A DNA stretch of 64,000 bases, from assembly GCF_006345805.1 (NCBI RefSeq), contig NC_043024.1:2480001-2544000 (forward strand), given 5' to 3'. The notes under the pieces are model-generated. The model was not told the DNA's origin and did not search any database. It worked only from the letters and a program-made list of their open reading frames with translations. Numbering within the stretch: the first letter of the stretch is position 1; the number at the start of each line of letters is the position of its first letter. Positions 1 to 10,789 of the stretch are shown in pieces. This DNA is from Octopus sinensis (Eukaryota). Position numbers and translations under genes: made by a program.

Positions 1-139
1 AGAACAACGTGATCACATTTATAACTTTGTTAAAGAAATTGATTGAACTGATATAGATAAATTAGAAAATAATTAAATCGATACATTATAAAATAATTAT
101 AGTGAGAAATATAACTCACTATCTACCATTTATTTACCA

Positions 140-181
140 ACTAGCATTAAAGACCCGTCGTTGCCGGGTCATAGTGCTAGT
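140..181. mobile_element. Miniature Helitron-terminus-like hairpin (copies at ~19058-19099 and ~31756-31797)
   Basis: ACTAGC...GACCCG-tcgttgc-CGGGTC...GCTAGT: a GC-rich stem a few nt from CTAG on both strands. Confidence 0.35.
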
Positions 182-377
182 GCATGTATATATGTGTACA
201 TATTACATGTACATCTATCTATATACATCTACACATAAAATGCAAAATACAAAGTTATATCTTGATATCGCTAGTGATAACAATATTCAAAATATATAAC
301 AGACTAGAATTGTTAGCTCTTCTTTTTTCTCTACGTTGTATAATTTATAGACAATAGTCTTTTCTTTAATTTAATTT

Positions 378-450
378 CTGATGAGATTTTGCCCAATTAA
401 ATGTTTTAATTATTGGAATTTCTTTTGAGCAAAATCGAAACAGCTGTAAG
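378..450 (+). ncRNA. Type I hammerhead ribozyme motif (Penelope-like retroelement type)
   Basis: CTGATGA core at 378-384, perfect 8-bp stem II GATTTTGC/GCAAAATC, GAAA at 437-440, palindromic stem III ACAGCTGT, GUA cleavage triplet. Stem I is weak. Confidence 0.75.
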
Positions 451-529
451 TGTACATGTTGAATTTTTGCAGTGAATAAACTATATTAATGCTACTTCTC
501 TGTTTCCTGGATTTTAATTTGTATATATA

Positions 530-757
530 TCATCATCATGATCATCGTTTAATATCCGTTTTCCGTGCTAGCACGGGTTGGACGGTTCGAACGGGGTCTG
601 GGAAGCCAGGAGGCTGCACCAGGCCCAGTCTGATCTGGCAGTGTTTCTACAGCTGGTTTCCCTTCCTAACGCCAACCACTCCGCAAGTGTAGTGGGTGTT
701 TTTTAAATGCCACTAGCACAGGTGCAAGGGGAGTCTCGCAGTGGCCACGATCGGTTA
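530..757 (-). mobile_element. Short copy of the RTE LINE 3' end with (ATG)n tail
   Basis: Matches the terminal region of the RTE at 10790-11030 (cgtttaa..ccgttttcc..gctagca..gggttggacggttcg..). Confidence 0.75.
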
Positions 758-793
<36 letters not shown>

Positions 794-885
794 GTTAATC
801 CAAAAGAGAAAGCACAAAAAAAAACACAACAACGCGAGGACGTGGAAGAAATATAGTATTATTGGACGCTCAGGAATGAAGGATA

Positions 886-920
886 GTTTAACGTTTCGAG
901 CGGAGCTCTTCGTTGGAAAC
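886..920 (-). ncRNA. Minimal hammerhead-like variant in a Penelope-like terminal-repeat remnant (mutated core)
   Basis: Reverse complement reads GTTT CCAACGA A GAGC-TCC-GCTC GAAA CG TT AAAC. Paralogous to 18322-18356 and 30726-30760. Confidence 0.45.
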
Positions 921-1009
921 ATAGGAGAAGGAAAGATCTGCTGTATATGAAATACCAGGAGTTATTGTGTTAAAAAGAGCAAGGACTAATGTTTACTTTG
1001 AAACGGTTG

Positions 1010-1585
1010 ATGAATGTTCCTCGTGCCATTCAGTGACAACTTTAGCTGTGAGAATTGGTGCATTATCATCCTGAAAGCTTGCGTTGCCCTCTGGAAACAG
1101 TTCCGCAACCATAGGATGAATTTGATCAGGTAAAATGCTTAAATAGTCTTGACTATTAATTCTGACATGAAGGGGAACCATTGGGCTGGCAGATATCCAA
1201 GATATAGCTCCCCAGATCATTACAGATCCTCCTCCATGTTTAACAGTTGGAAGAAGGCAGTCTGGGTCAAATGCTTCTTTTGGCTCTCTTCACACGTATA
1301 CTCGGCCGGTGGTCGGAAATAACGTAATGGATGACTCGTCCTAGAAAATAACATTCTTCCACTGCTCCAGGGACCAATTCTGTAGGTTTTTACTCCACTC
1401 TAAACGCTTTGCAACGTTTGTTTTTGAAAGTAGTGGTTTTCTGATTGCAGCCCTCCCTTGAAATCTGGCTTTGTGCAGCTCCCAGCAAAAAGTTTTTGTG
1501 GAAACTGGGTTCTTGAGGCGGTCATCAAGCCCTGCAGTAATTTTGGGGGCTGTACTTTAGTGATCCTTTCTAACAATTTGTTGAA
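1010..1585 (-). mobile_element. Tc1-family transposase remnant (pseudogene)
   Basis: Translates to ...RKPLL..KRLEW..WKNVIF*DES..RVYV*R..TVKHGGGSVMIWGAIS..FQDDNAP: Tc1 DDE-domain motifs with internal stops. Confidence 0.9.
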
Positions 1586-2141
1586 TTAATTAATTGTCAT
1601 TTAAACCCGAAGCTATATAAAAATATTGAGGACTTTTGTTGAAGGAAGAGTTACTTCCCCTCGTCCATTAACCGTTCAGTCTTGCAAATTCCGTTTATTT
1701 CCTGCTATAGTTTCATACAAATCTTTATTCCTTGATCAATTCCACTTTATAACTGATAATTATTAGGAGACCGGAATTAGATACGAATGATTTCATATCT
1801 AATTTCATATCTAACGCACAACTCAGAAAAAAGGAAGGACTAAAAAAAATTACTTAAACAAAGTTATATAATTTCTTTCCCTGTTTCGTTTTCCTTTTCA
1901 CTGCCCATTCCAAATTTTTTACTTCCTACATTTTGCTATTAACCATTTCTTAATATCCTCACCATTTCCATCTATACATATACAGACATTTTCATACATC
2001 GTGGATCCCCGTCGTTCGCCGTTGAGGATTCAGGTGTAAGACCAACTGAATCCCCTGCTCCGGAATTCCCGTGAGTCGCCGAGGATTCCACTGGAATCAT
2101 ACAAGAACCTCTGCGACCCGAAGCTGACCTCTTTGGAATGG

Positions 2142-4046
2142 TTAATATAGGGCGTAACAAATATCAGAAAATCAAAAAAAAAATGTGTGTAATAGGTGTA
2201 AAACAACTTCCTATGAACGAATATGAAAAAAAAAATTCGCGCATGCGAAAGGGGGGTGGGGGAGAGGCCTCGGAAAATTCACATCGGGAAGTTCCGAAAG
2301 CGTCTGAGGAGCTGACCCGGGCACCAAAACAAAAAAAAAATAGTGTAATATGTGTAAAACAACTTGCTCTAAACGAATATGACAAAAAAAAATGCGCTCT
2401 CGAGAAAGAGGGGTGGGGGAGAGGCCTCGGAATATTTATATCGGGAATTTCCGAAAGCGTCTGAACCGGGCACAAAAACAAAAACAAAAACAGCGTAATA
2501 GGTGTAAAACAACTTGCTCTAATCGACTATCATGAAAAAAATGCGCGCTCGCGAAAGGGGGGTGGGGGAGAGGCTTCGGAAATTTCACATCTTCAGTCCA
2601 CGGCCTTTAAACTAAGAAAAAATAGTGTAATTGGTGTAAAACTACTTGTTCTAAACGAGTATCAAGAACACACACTCACACATGAATCATAAACTCCGTA
2701 TTTCGCAAAAAAAAAAAATAAAGAGAAGAAATTCTGGAAAAAGTGAAGAAATGTTGGATCTCATTCCTTGGTTAAAGCTATTTTAAACATTAAATTTATG
2801 CTTTTCTTTGAAATAGTTCAGATATATGCAATTCTTCTCACTTATTAAGATGCATTTATCAGAAAAAATTATTATTTTGTGTCAATCCTTCCCTAATTAT
2901 CCTTTATTAATTAGTTTTGGCGTGTATTTTTTTCCCAAATTTATTTTTTCACCTTTACAACACTGTTTAGTAAAGCAATTAATTATCTTTATAATTTGCA
3001 TATTTGACTTATTAATCAAAATTCTCTAGATGTAATATATACTAAGTAATGCATCCTTCATTTATGTGTTCCGTTCTGTATTATGCATGCATGACTGTTT
3101 GTATGTAAGTGTGTTTAACTGTGCACATGAATGTGAATATTAAAGAACATATTTATTTACTATGATTGTTATTTTCAGAACAAATAAATCTTTTGGCTGT
3201 TATGTTATTGATGTTATTATTATTGCTAGTTAAAGGGTGGTGACTTGGCTGAATATTTTGAGTCTTGTAGTATGTAGTTGTGTTAGTCAATATTCTGAGT
3301 TCAAATCCAACTCATTTCTTTATCATCATTATCGATGGGCCACTCAAAGAGGTATGTATACATTATCATTTTCGTAACATAATTTCTGTAGTATTTCAAG
3401 ATGTTTCTGACACGTATTTTGATTCACATGGCGGAGATCCAACATTTCTTCACTTTTTCCAGAATTTCTTCTCTTTATTATTTTTTTTTGCGAAATACGG
3501 AGTTTATGATTCATGTGTGAGTGTGTGTTCTTGATACTCGTTTAGAACAAGTAGTTTTACACCAATTACACTATTTTTTCTTAGTTTAAAGGCCGTGGAC
3601 TGAAGATGTGAAATTTCCGAAGCCTCTCCCCCACCCCCCTTTCGCGAGCGCGCATTTTTTTCATGATAGTCGTTTAGAGCAAGTTGTTTTACACCTATTA
3701 CGCTGTTTTTGTTTTTGTTTTTGTGCCCGGTTCAGACGCTTTCGGAAATTCCCGATATAAATATTCCGAGGCCTCTCCCCCACCCCTCTTTTGCGAGAGC
3801 GCATTTTTTTTTTGTCATATTCGTTTAGAGCAAGTTATATTACACTATTTTTTTTTTGTTTTGGTGCCCGGGTCAGCTCCTCAGACGCTTTCAGAACTTC
3901 CCGATGTGAATTTTCCGAGGCCTCTCCCCCACCCCCCTTTCGCGTGCGCGAAATTTTTTTTTCATATTCGTTCATAGGAAGTTGTTTTACACCTATTACA
4001 CACATTTTTTTTTTGATTTTCTGATATTTGTTACGCCCTATATTAA
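2142..4046. mobile_element. Foldback-like non-autonomous DNA element with ~620-bp terminal inverted repeats
   Basis: 2142-2762 is the reverse complement of 3434-4046 (ends TTAATATAGGGCGTAACAA/TTGTTACGCCCTATATTAA). The arms contain ~120-bp subrepeats with a GGGGGTGGGGGAGAGGCCTCGGA motif. The spacer is AT-rich. Confidence 0.8.
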
Positions 4047-4054
4047 ACTAGATA

Positions 4055-4935
4055 GGTAGGCACAGATATGCTATAGAAATAAACTTTGACGTACGCACCT
4101 TGAAGTTTTCCAGTGTTAAAACTTTCTTTGGAAGTTGCACGTCATCTTCAGCAGGTGCTTCGTGTGTGTGTGTGTGTGTGTAGGCAGAGTACGGCCGAAT
4201 GGTCAAGAAGATCCCTTAACAACCACGAGGTCCCTCGTTCTGTCCTACTGCGTGACACTTTGGGCAAATAACACTTTCTGCAGTGTCCAGTTGACCTGAA
4301 TGAAATCGGACAGAGGGGAAAGTGCTGAACCCAGGAATTCCAAAGAGGTCAGCTTCGGGTCGCAGAGGTTCTTGTATGATTCCAGAGGAATCCTCGGCGA
4401 CTCACGGCAATTCCGGAGCAGGGGATTCAGTTGGTCTTACACCTGAATCCTCAACGGCGAACGACGGGGATCCACGATGTATAAAAATGTCTGTTTAGTT
4501 ATAGATGGAAATGGTGAGGATATTAAGAAATGGTTAATAGCAAAATGTGGGAAATAAAAAAATGGGAATGGGCAGTGAAAAGGAAAACGAAACAGTGAAA
4601 GAAATCATATAACTTTGTTTAAGTAATTTTTTTTAGTCCTTCCTTTTTTCTGAGTTGTGCGTTAGATATGAAATTAGATATGAAATCATTCGTATCTAAT
4701 TCCGGTCTCCTAATAATTATCAGTTATAAAGTGGAATTGATCAAGGAATAAAGATTTGTATGAAACTATAGCAGGAACTAAACGGAATTTGCAAAACTGA
4801 ACGGTTAATGGACGAGGGGAAGTAACTCTTCCTTCAACAAAAGTCCTGAATATTTTTATATAGCTTCGGGTTTAAATGACAATTAATTCAGCAAATTGTT
4901 AGAAAGGATCACAAAAGTACAGCCCCCAAAATTAA
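4055..4935 (+). repeat. Additional partial copy of duplication block (~16830-17705)
   Basis: Matches from ggcacagatatgctatagaaat through aaaagtacagcccccaaaatta. Its part 4337-4935 is inverted relative to ~1545-2139. Confidence 0.9.
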
Positions 4936-5100
4936 ATGCAAGAAATTAAACAACAAGTAGCTTCCAAACTACAGAATTTTCTCAAGAAATCCAAGAGAAA
5001 AAGATGTTTTATAAACACATTCTACCAGTATACGAAGTTTAAAAGTGTTTAGTTACAAAGAAATTATTTTAAAAATCTGCCAGTCAAAACAAAAAGATCC
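4936..5100. mobile_element. Right end of a GGATC-terminated MITE
   Basis: Ends ...ctgccagtcaaaacaaaaagatcc, the reverse complement of the left end at 14930 (ggatcttttcgttttgactggcag). Confidence 0.6.
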
Positions 5101-5434
5101 GATTCCTGGACCATGTTGTGTGTTGTGTTCTTGAGCAAGACACTTTATTTCACGTTGCTGCAGTTCACTCAGCTGTAGAAATGAGTTGTGACGTCACTGG
5201 TGCCAAGCTGTATCGGCCTATAGGGACCTCACTTGGCCCTGCCTGAGATTTGGAACCAAATCCACCCGCTTGTTGCTTGTCAAAACAAGCGGTAAATCCT
5301 TTGTTCAGGCCAAGGGTAGTATAGAAGAGCCGGGGTCACTCATCCGTGGAAAGAAAGAAAGATGAGGCAAGCAAGACCTCTTGGTCATCCACTGCCTCAG
5401 TCTCCATCCCCAAACATCTTGACCTGGTCTTGTG

Positions 5435-5853
5435 GTGATGATGGCAATCCCTCAAGGTCGAGGATGATGGCCTTCGCGCAAATTTACTGGTGAGTCCATA
5501 GGTGACTGATAAGACCAATTCTTGCTTGAAAAGATCGGTCGCAGTGCGAACGTCTAGTGCCGGAAGGGAGAGTCGCACGTGGTTGTTGTTGACGCTCCTT
5601 CCGTCGTCGTCTTTTCTCCTCCAGCACTGAAGGCCTTTTCGACTCGAAAGTCGCCGTTCCCTCATGGATGGTGGTTTTCCAGAGTGGTCTGTTTTTTGCC
5701 GTTTCCTCCCACTCAGTGAAGTCGATGTCACACTTTTTGAGGTTCGTTTTCAGGGAGTCCTTGTGGCGTTTCTTCTGGCCTCCTTTTGTACGCTTGCTGT
5801 CTTTGAGTTGGGAGTAGAAGATCTGTTTGGGAAGTCATTCGTCAGTCATTTAC
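5435..5853 (-). mobile_element. 3' end of an RTE-clade LINE (second lineage) with degenerate C-terminal zinc-finger
   Basis: The minus frame not in the ORF track reads MTDE*LPKQIFYSQLKDSKRTKGGQKKRHKDSLKTNLKKCDID..WEETAKNRPLW...HCDRSFQARIGLISHLWTHQ*, a typical RTE ORF C-terminus. A short 3' UTR follows. Confidence 0.8.
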
Positions 5854-6295
5854 GCATCCGAAACCTGGTCATGTAATGCACATATGACAAAGTCACTGTG
5901 CAAGTCATTAGCCATTCTTAATGATGACCAAATGACCCTCATCACTTTGACAGGCAAACATAAAAGAAACAGGAAGCAGAATGAATTACAAATATTATAA
6001 AAGAATGCTTTTATTAAAAATCATCATCATCATTGTTCGACCGTGGTCGAGACTTTCATAGACTTTTCAAATGGCTAATAATGTGTGCGCGCGCCACTAC
6101 TACACACATTGGAAAGCATTGTACAACCAAGTACTAAAGAAGATCTTTCCTCCTCCATGAAACAAAGCTGTTCCCGCTGGACGTCAACCCAGTATTTCTA
6201 AGCTACGGACCCAGTGATTTATTGTAAGGTTATCTCCATAGCAGATTGCCTTCACTACGGCTAAGGAGCCCTTTCTACCCCATATTAAAAATACC

Positions 6296-7007
6296 TTAAC
6301 CCTTTCGTTATTGTATTTAGTTTTAGATGCTCTGTGTTTCTTTCAATTAATTTTAAATATAAACAAAGAATTCAGTAAAATAACTTAGTTATCATTCAGC
6401 TAGTGTTTGGAACATAAATTGTGACTAAGGTTTGGTGGAAGATTTTAATTCAAAACTTATGAAAACAAGACATTTGTACTCAGAGCCAGAGGTAGTTTCA
6501 GCTGGGTTGGTATCAAAAGGGTTAAATTAGTCATTTGTTAACCCTTTTGTTACCATATTTCTGTTGAGATGCTCTGTGTTTCTTTCAATTGATTTTAAAT
6601 ATAACAAAGAATTTAGTAAAATAACTAAGTTATCATTCAGCTAGTGTTAGGAACATAAATTGTGACTAAGGTTTCGTGGAAGATTTTAATTCAAAACTTA
6701 TGAAAATAAGACATTTGTACTCAGAGCCAGAGGTAGTGTCAGCTGGGTTGGTATCAAAAGGGTTAAATTAATCATTTGTTAACCCTTTTGTTACCATATT
6801 TCTGTTGAGATGCTCTGTGTTTCTTACAATTACTTTAAAAATAACAAAGAATTTAGTAAAATAACTTAGTTATCATTCAGCTAGTGTTAGGGACATAAAT
6901 TGTGACTAAGGTTTGGTGGAAGATTTTATTTCAGAACTTATGAAAACAAGACATTTGTACTATAGAGCCAGAGGCAGTTTCAGTCGGGTTGGTAATGAAA
7001 GAGTTAA
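6296..7007. mobile_element. Three tandem ~230-bp piggyBac-type MITEs
   Basis: Units 6296-6525, 6538-6766 and 6779-7007 each run TTAACCCTTT...AAAG(G/A)GTTAA, separated by a near-identical 12-bp spacer. Confidence 0.85.
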
Positions 7008-7632
7008 GTTATTTCAACAGGGTGGAGATAGTCATATAGATTGTTGATAGGGTGTTTCCACAGTTAGTCTTTCCCATGTGTATACATATGTGGTTATATA
7101 AGATAAATTTTTTTCAAAGAACTAATTTTGATATTAAGTGTTACTCGTTAATATGAATACACAGAATAGTTAATTGATATTTTTAGAGAGATTGATTTCC
7201 CACAGATATCTCGGTAACATGGTTGGTGTCTTGTATGAAAGCGTTTGTGTGTAAGTACATAAGTTACATCTTTCAGAGAATGATTTCCCACGAAGAGATG
7301 GCCATGAGGCATTTGCTTCGCAACCACATGGTTTGGGGGCAGAGTCCCATTAACAGCACCCTAGGCAATTGCCTTCTGTTCCTAGGCTGACCAATGCCTT
7401 GTGGGTAAATTTGTATGAATGTGTTTGACCTCGCTAGCGCTGGGCCCATGTCAAAAGCACCCAGTACACTTTGTAAAGTGGTTGCTATTAGGAAGGGCCT
7501 CCAGCAATAGAAACCATGCCAAAGTAGACAGTAGAGCTGGGTGCAATCCCCTGGCTTGCACGTCAAAAACCGTTCAACACATGCCAGCATGGAAAACAGA
7601 TGTTGAATGAGGATGATGGTCAGTCACATAAT

Positions 7633-8652
7633 TTATTCCTTGCAAGGGTAATGTTTGTGAGCAGTTAGAAGTCTTCTTTGCAAGAATGATTTACCACAGG
7701 TGTCACAGCGATATGGTTTCCTTCCAGTATGAATGCATTTGTGTTGACTTAATTCACCATTTTGGGCAAAAGACTTACCACAGATATCACAGTGATAAGG
7801 ATTCTCTCCTGTATGAATTCGTTTGTGAGTAACCAGTGCACTTCCATCGCAGAACGTTTTACCACAGATATCACAGTGATACGGCTTTTCTCCTGTATGA
7901 ATTCGTTTGTGTCTAGTCAAACCAAAACTTGCAGAGAAAGATTTACCACAAATGTCACAGTGATATGGTTTCTCTCCTGAGTGAATCCGTTTGTGAATAG
8001 TCAGGGTACTTCCCCCTGAGAATGATTTCCCACAGATATCACAGTGATACGGTTTTTCTCCGGTATGAACACGTTTGTGCTTAATTACGATGCTACTTTC
8101 AGAGAATGATTTTCCACAGATATCACAGCTGTACAATCTCTCACCTGTGTGGGTGAGTTTGTGTCGAGTCAAGTGAAACCTGCGTGAGAACAACATACCA
8201 CAGATATCACAGTGATATTTTTTCTCTCCTGTGTGAATAAACATGTGTGTAGATAAGGTACCTCTCTGAGAGAATGATTTACCACAGACATCACATTGAT
8301 ATGGCTTCTCACCTGTATGGAATCGTTTGTGAGCAGTTAAGCTACCTGCATCTGAGAAAGACTTGTCACAGATATCACACTGATATGGTTTGTCTCCCGT
8401 ATGAATACGTTTGTGTCGAGTTAAGCTACTGTCAACAGAGAATAATCTACCACAGATATCACAGCGATATGGCTTCTCTCCAGTATGAATATATTTGTGT
8501 GTAGTTAAAGTACTTGCTCTAGAGAATGATTTCCCACAGATATCGCAGTGATGGGGTTTGTCTCCTGTATGGATACGTTTGTGGGTAGCAAGGTTACCTC
8601 CACGAGAGAAAGTCTTTTTACATACATCACACTGGTGTAACGGCTTTGCCAT
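7633..8652 (-). CDS. C2H2 zinc-finger protein, 12 diverse tandem fingers, no effector domain (ZNF-A)
   Basis: 339-aa ATG-initiated intact ORF with CxxC-x12-H-x3-H repeats and HTGEKP linkers. Confidence 0.9.
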   Translation of the reverse strand: MAKPLHQCDVCKKTFSRGGNLATHKRIHTGDKPHHCDICGKSFSRASTLTTHKYIHTGEKPYRCDICGRLFSVDSSLTRHKRIHTGDKPYQCDICDKSFSDAGSLTAHKRFHTGEKPYQCDVCGKSFSQRGTLSTHMFIHTGEKKYHCDICGMLFSRRFHLTRHKLTHTGERLYSCDICGKSFSESSIVIKHKRVHTGEKPYHCDICGKSFSGGSTLTIHKRIHSGEKPYHCDICGKSFSASFGLTRHKRIHTGEKPYHCDICGKTFCDGSALVTHKRIHTGENPYHCDICGKSFAQNGELSQHKCIHTGRKPYRCDTCGKSFLQRRLLTAHKHYPCKE

Positions 8653-8728
8653 CTCTTGACCGAAAATATAAATCAGTTCTTAAACTTTCTCAGCTAGATA
8701 TTTTCATAAGATATTTAACATCACCTCT

Positions 8729-9145
8729 GGTAGGCTGCGTGCTGGCAGAAACGTTAGCACACCGGGTGAAATGCTTGGCGGTATTTCGTTTGCCGTTACG
8801 TTCTGAGTTCAAATTCCACCAAGGTCGACTTTGCCTTTCATCCTTTTGGGGTCGATTATATAAGTACCAGTTACACACTGGGGTCGATGTAATCGACTTA
8901 ATCCGTTTGTCTGTCCTTGTTTCTCCTCTCTGTGTTTAGCCCCTTGTGAGTAGTAAAGAAGTAGGTATTTCGTCTACCACTATGTTCTGAGTTCAAATTC
9001 CACCAAGGTCGACTTTGCCTTTCATCCTCTCGGGGTCGATAAATAAAGTACGAGTTTCACACTGGGGTAGATATAATCAACTTAATCCCTTTGTCATGCC
9101 TTACTTGTCCCCTCTATGTTTAGCACCCTAGTGGGCAATAAAGAA
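8729..9145 (+). mobile_element. Two tandem tRNA-derived SINEs with Meta-like central domain
   Basis: B-box-like gagttcaaattcc, then gactttgcctttcatcct..ggggtcgataaa..aagtaccag. The second copy is 5'-truncated. Other copies at 10455-10670(-), 22321-22520, 23670-23883(-), 34895-35092 and 36210-36420(-). Confidence 0.8.
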
Positions 9146-9450
9146 ATATATATTTCCATCAACTGTAATCATTGTCAATATCTGAGGGGACTGCCAATTC
9201 CTTTGCAATCCAGGTTTAATTAGAATACAGGATTGGTTTTCTTGCACCCATTTCAGGCAGTAAAGTACAGAAATGCTGCTAATAATCACACACCCAAAGA
9301 AAATCTTTTACAATTCTATAATCGATTTATATAAACAGGGTAATATTTCTTCTGTGTAGCATCTTAGTTTCATCTTAAAGAATATATCATATATATTCAA
9401 GATGTGTTCGATGTAAAATCTTCATTTATGCTAAATATCCTCTCTGACAC

Positions 9451-9470
9451 TCTGAAATGAAAAAGAAATA
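9451..9470 (-). other. Putative splice acceptor of ZNF 5' UTR intron (copies near 22826 and 35399)
   Basis: Reverse complement is tatttctttttcatttcAG|agtg: polypyrimidine tract plus CAG, conserved in all three duplicates upstream of each ZNF ATG. Confidence 0.55.
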
Positions 9471-9791
9471 ATATGAGATATAGAATATACTTGAAAAGTA
9501 AAGATTAAATAATGAAAATTTTATTACATTTTTATACTGATAAACTGGAGATATAAACCTTTAGCTGGCCAAATAAACGTTAACACGTCAGTCTGACAAA
9601 CAAACAAGGAGATTATAAGGTAGCCATGGGATGTGCTAAAAATAATAGCTAAATAGCTCTTAAATCATGCAGCAATTTAAAAAATTTTGTTTTGGTTTTT
9701 GCACAATCCTATGAATTACAAATTCGCAAGAGTTTTCTAAAAATTCCCAAAAAGTTTTGAACCAACGAAGAAGGTATAATTTACATCTGCT

Positions 9792-10175
9792 GTTTATTTG
9801 TTGAGCGAAGCGGTCTTCGTCCCAGAGCTCGCAAGATGGAAGAAGTCGGAAACGTGGTCCTTTGCTATTCGTAAGACCCGCAGAAGGGAAAGCAGGTCAG
9901 CCCCCCCCGACACCGAGAGCATCGAATGATGGATGAATCCGCATCCAGGTTCGGCGGTTGCGTAGGAAGTCGGGGGACAAGAAACAGGAAGAAAGAGTGA
10001 AAGAAAGTTGGGGCGAAAGAGTACAACAGGGGTCGCCACAACCCTCTGCTGGAGCATCGTGGAGCGTTAGGTGTTTTCGCTCAATAAACACACACAACGC
10101 CCAGTCTGGGAATCGAAACCGCGATCCTCCCACCGCGAGTCCACTGCCCTAACCACTGGGCTATTGCGCCTCCAC
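9792..10175 (-). mobile_element. tRNA-derived SINE (second family); copies at 23167-23553, 35737-36115, partial 19291-19520, 28607-28961, 31992-32220
   Basis: Reverse complement begins ggaggcgcaatagcccagtggttaggg (A box) ... ggtttcgattcccag (B box) and ends in an A-rich tail. Confidence 0.8.
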
Positions 10176-10693
10176 TTACATCTGTTTTATATGAAATACC
10201 AGAAGTTATTGTGTTAAAAAGAGCAAGGACTAACGTTTACTTTGAAACGGTTGATGATGATGATTATCGTAAAAAACACCCACTACACTCGCGGAGTGGT
10301 TGGCGTTAGGAAGGGCATCCAGCCGTAGAAACACTGCCAAATCTGACTGGGCCTGATGAAGCCTTCCGGCTTCACAGACCCCAGTTAAACCGTCCAACCC
10401 ATGCTAGCATGGAAAACGGACGCTAAATGATGATGATGATGATGATGATATATATATTTACTACCCACAAAGGGATAAACATAGAGGGGACAAACAAGGA
10501 CAGACATAGGGATTAAGTCGATTACATTGACCCCAGTGCATAACTGGTACTTAATTTATCGACCCTGAAAGATGAAAGGCAAAGTCGACCACAGTGGAAT
10601 GTGAACTCATAACGTAAGGACACATGCATTTCGCCCGTCGTGCAAATGTTGCAGCCTGCTCGCCACCTTCATATATATATATATATATTTGCG

Positions 10694-10749
<56 letters not shown>

Positions 10750-10789
10750 GTATATATATACATATACATATATATATATATATATATAT

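Larger units (their letters stand above)
1..2139 (-). repeat. Inverted copy of segmental-duplication block 17103-19238
   Basis: Position 1 is the reverse complement of 19238. ORFs 102-299(+) and 489-692(+) are identical to 18940-19137(-) and 18547-18750(-). The Tc1 fragment is mirrored. Confidence 0.95.

Noticed and set aside
102-692. Identical short ORFs recurring three times, suggesting conserved small proteins
   Set aside because: Identity is explained by recent segmental duplication of non-coding and repeat DNA.
5336-5731. 131-aa ORF in the track
   Set aside because: Off-frame reading of the RTE C-terminal remnant.
9792-10175. tRNA genes at A/B-box-containing sequences (also 14865, 19643, 62117)
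   Set aside because: They continue into SINE bodies and tails and lack a full cloverleaf.
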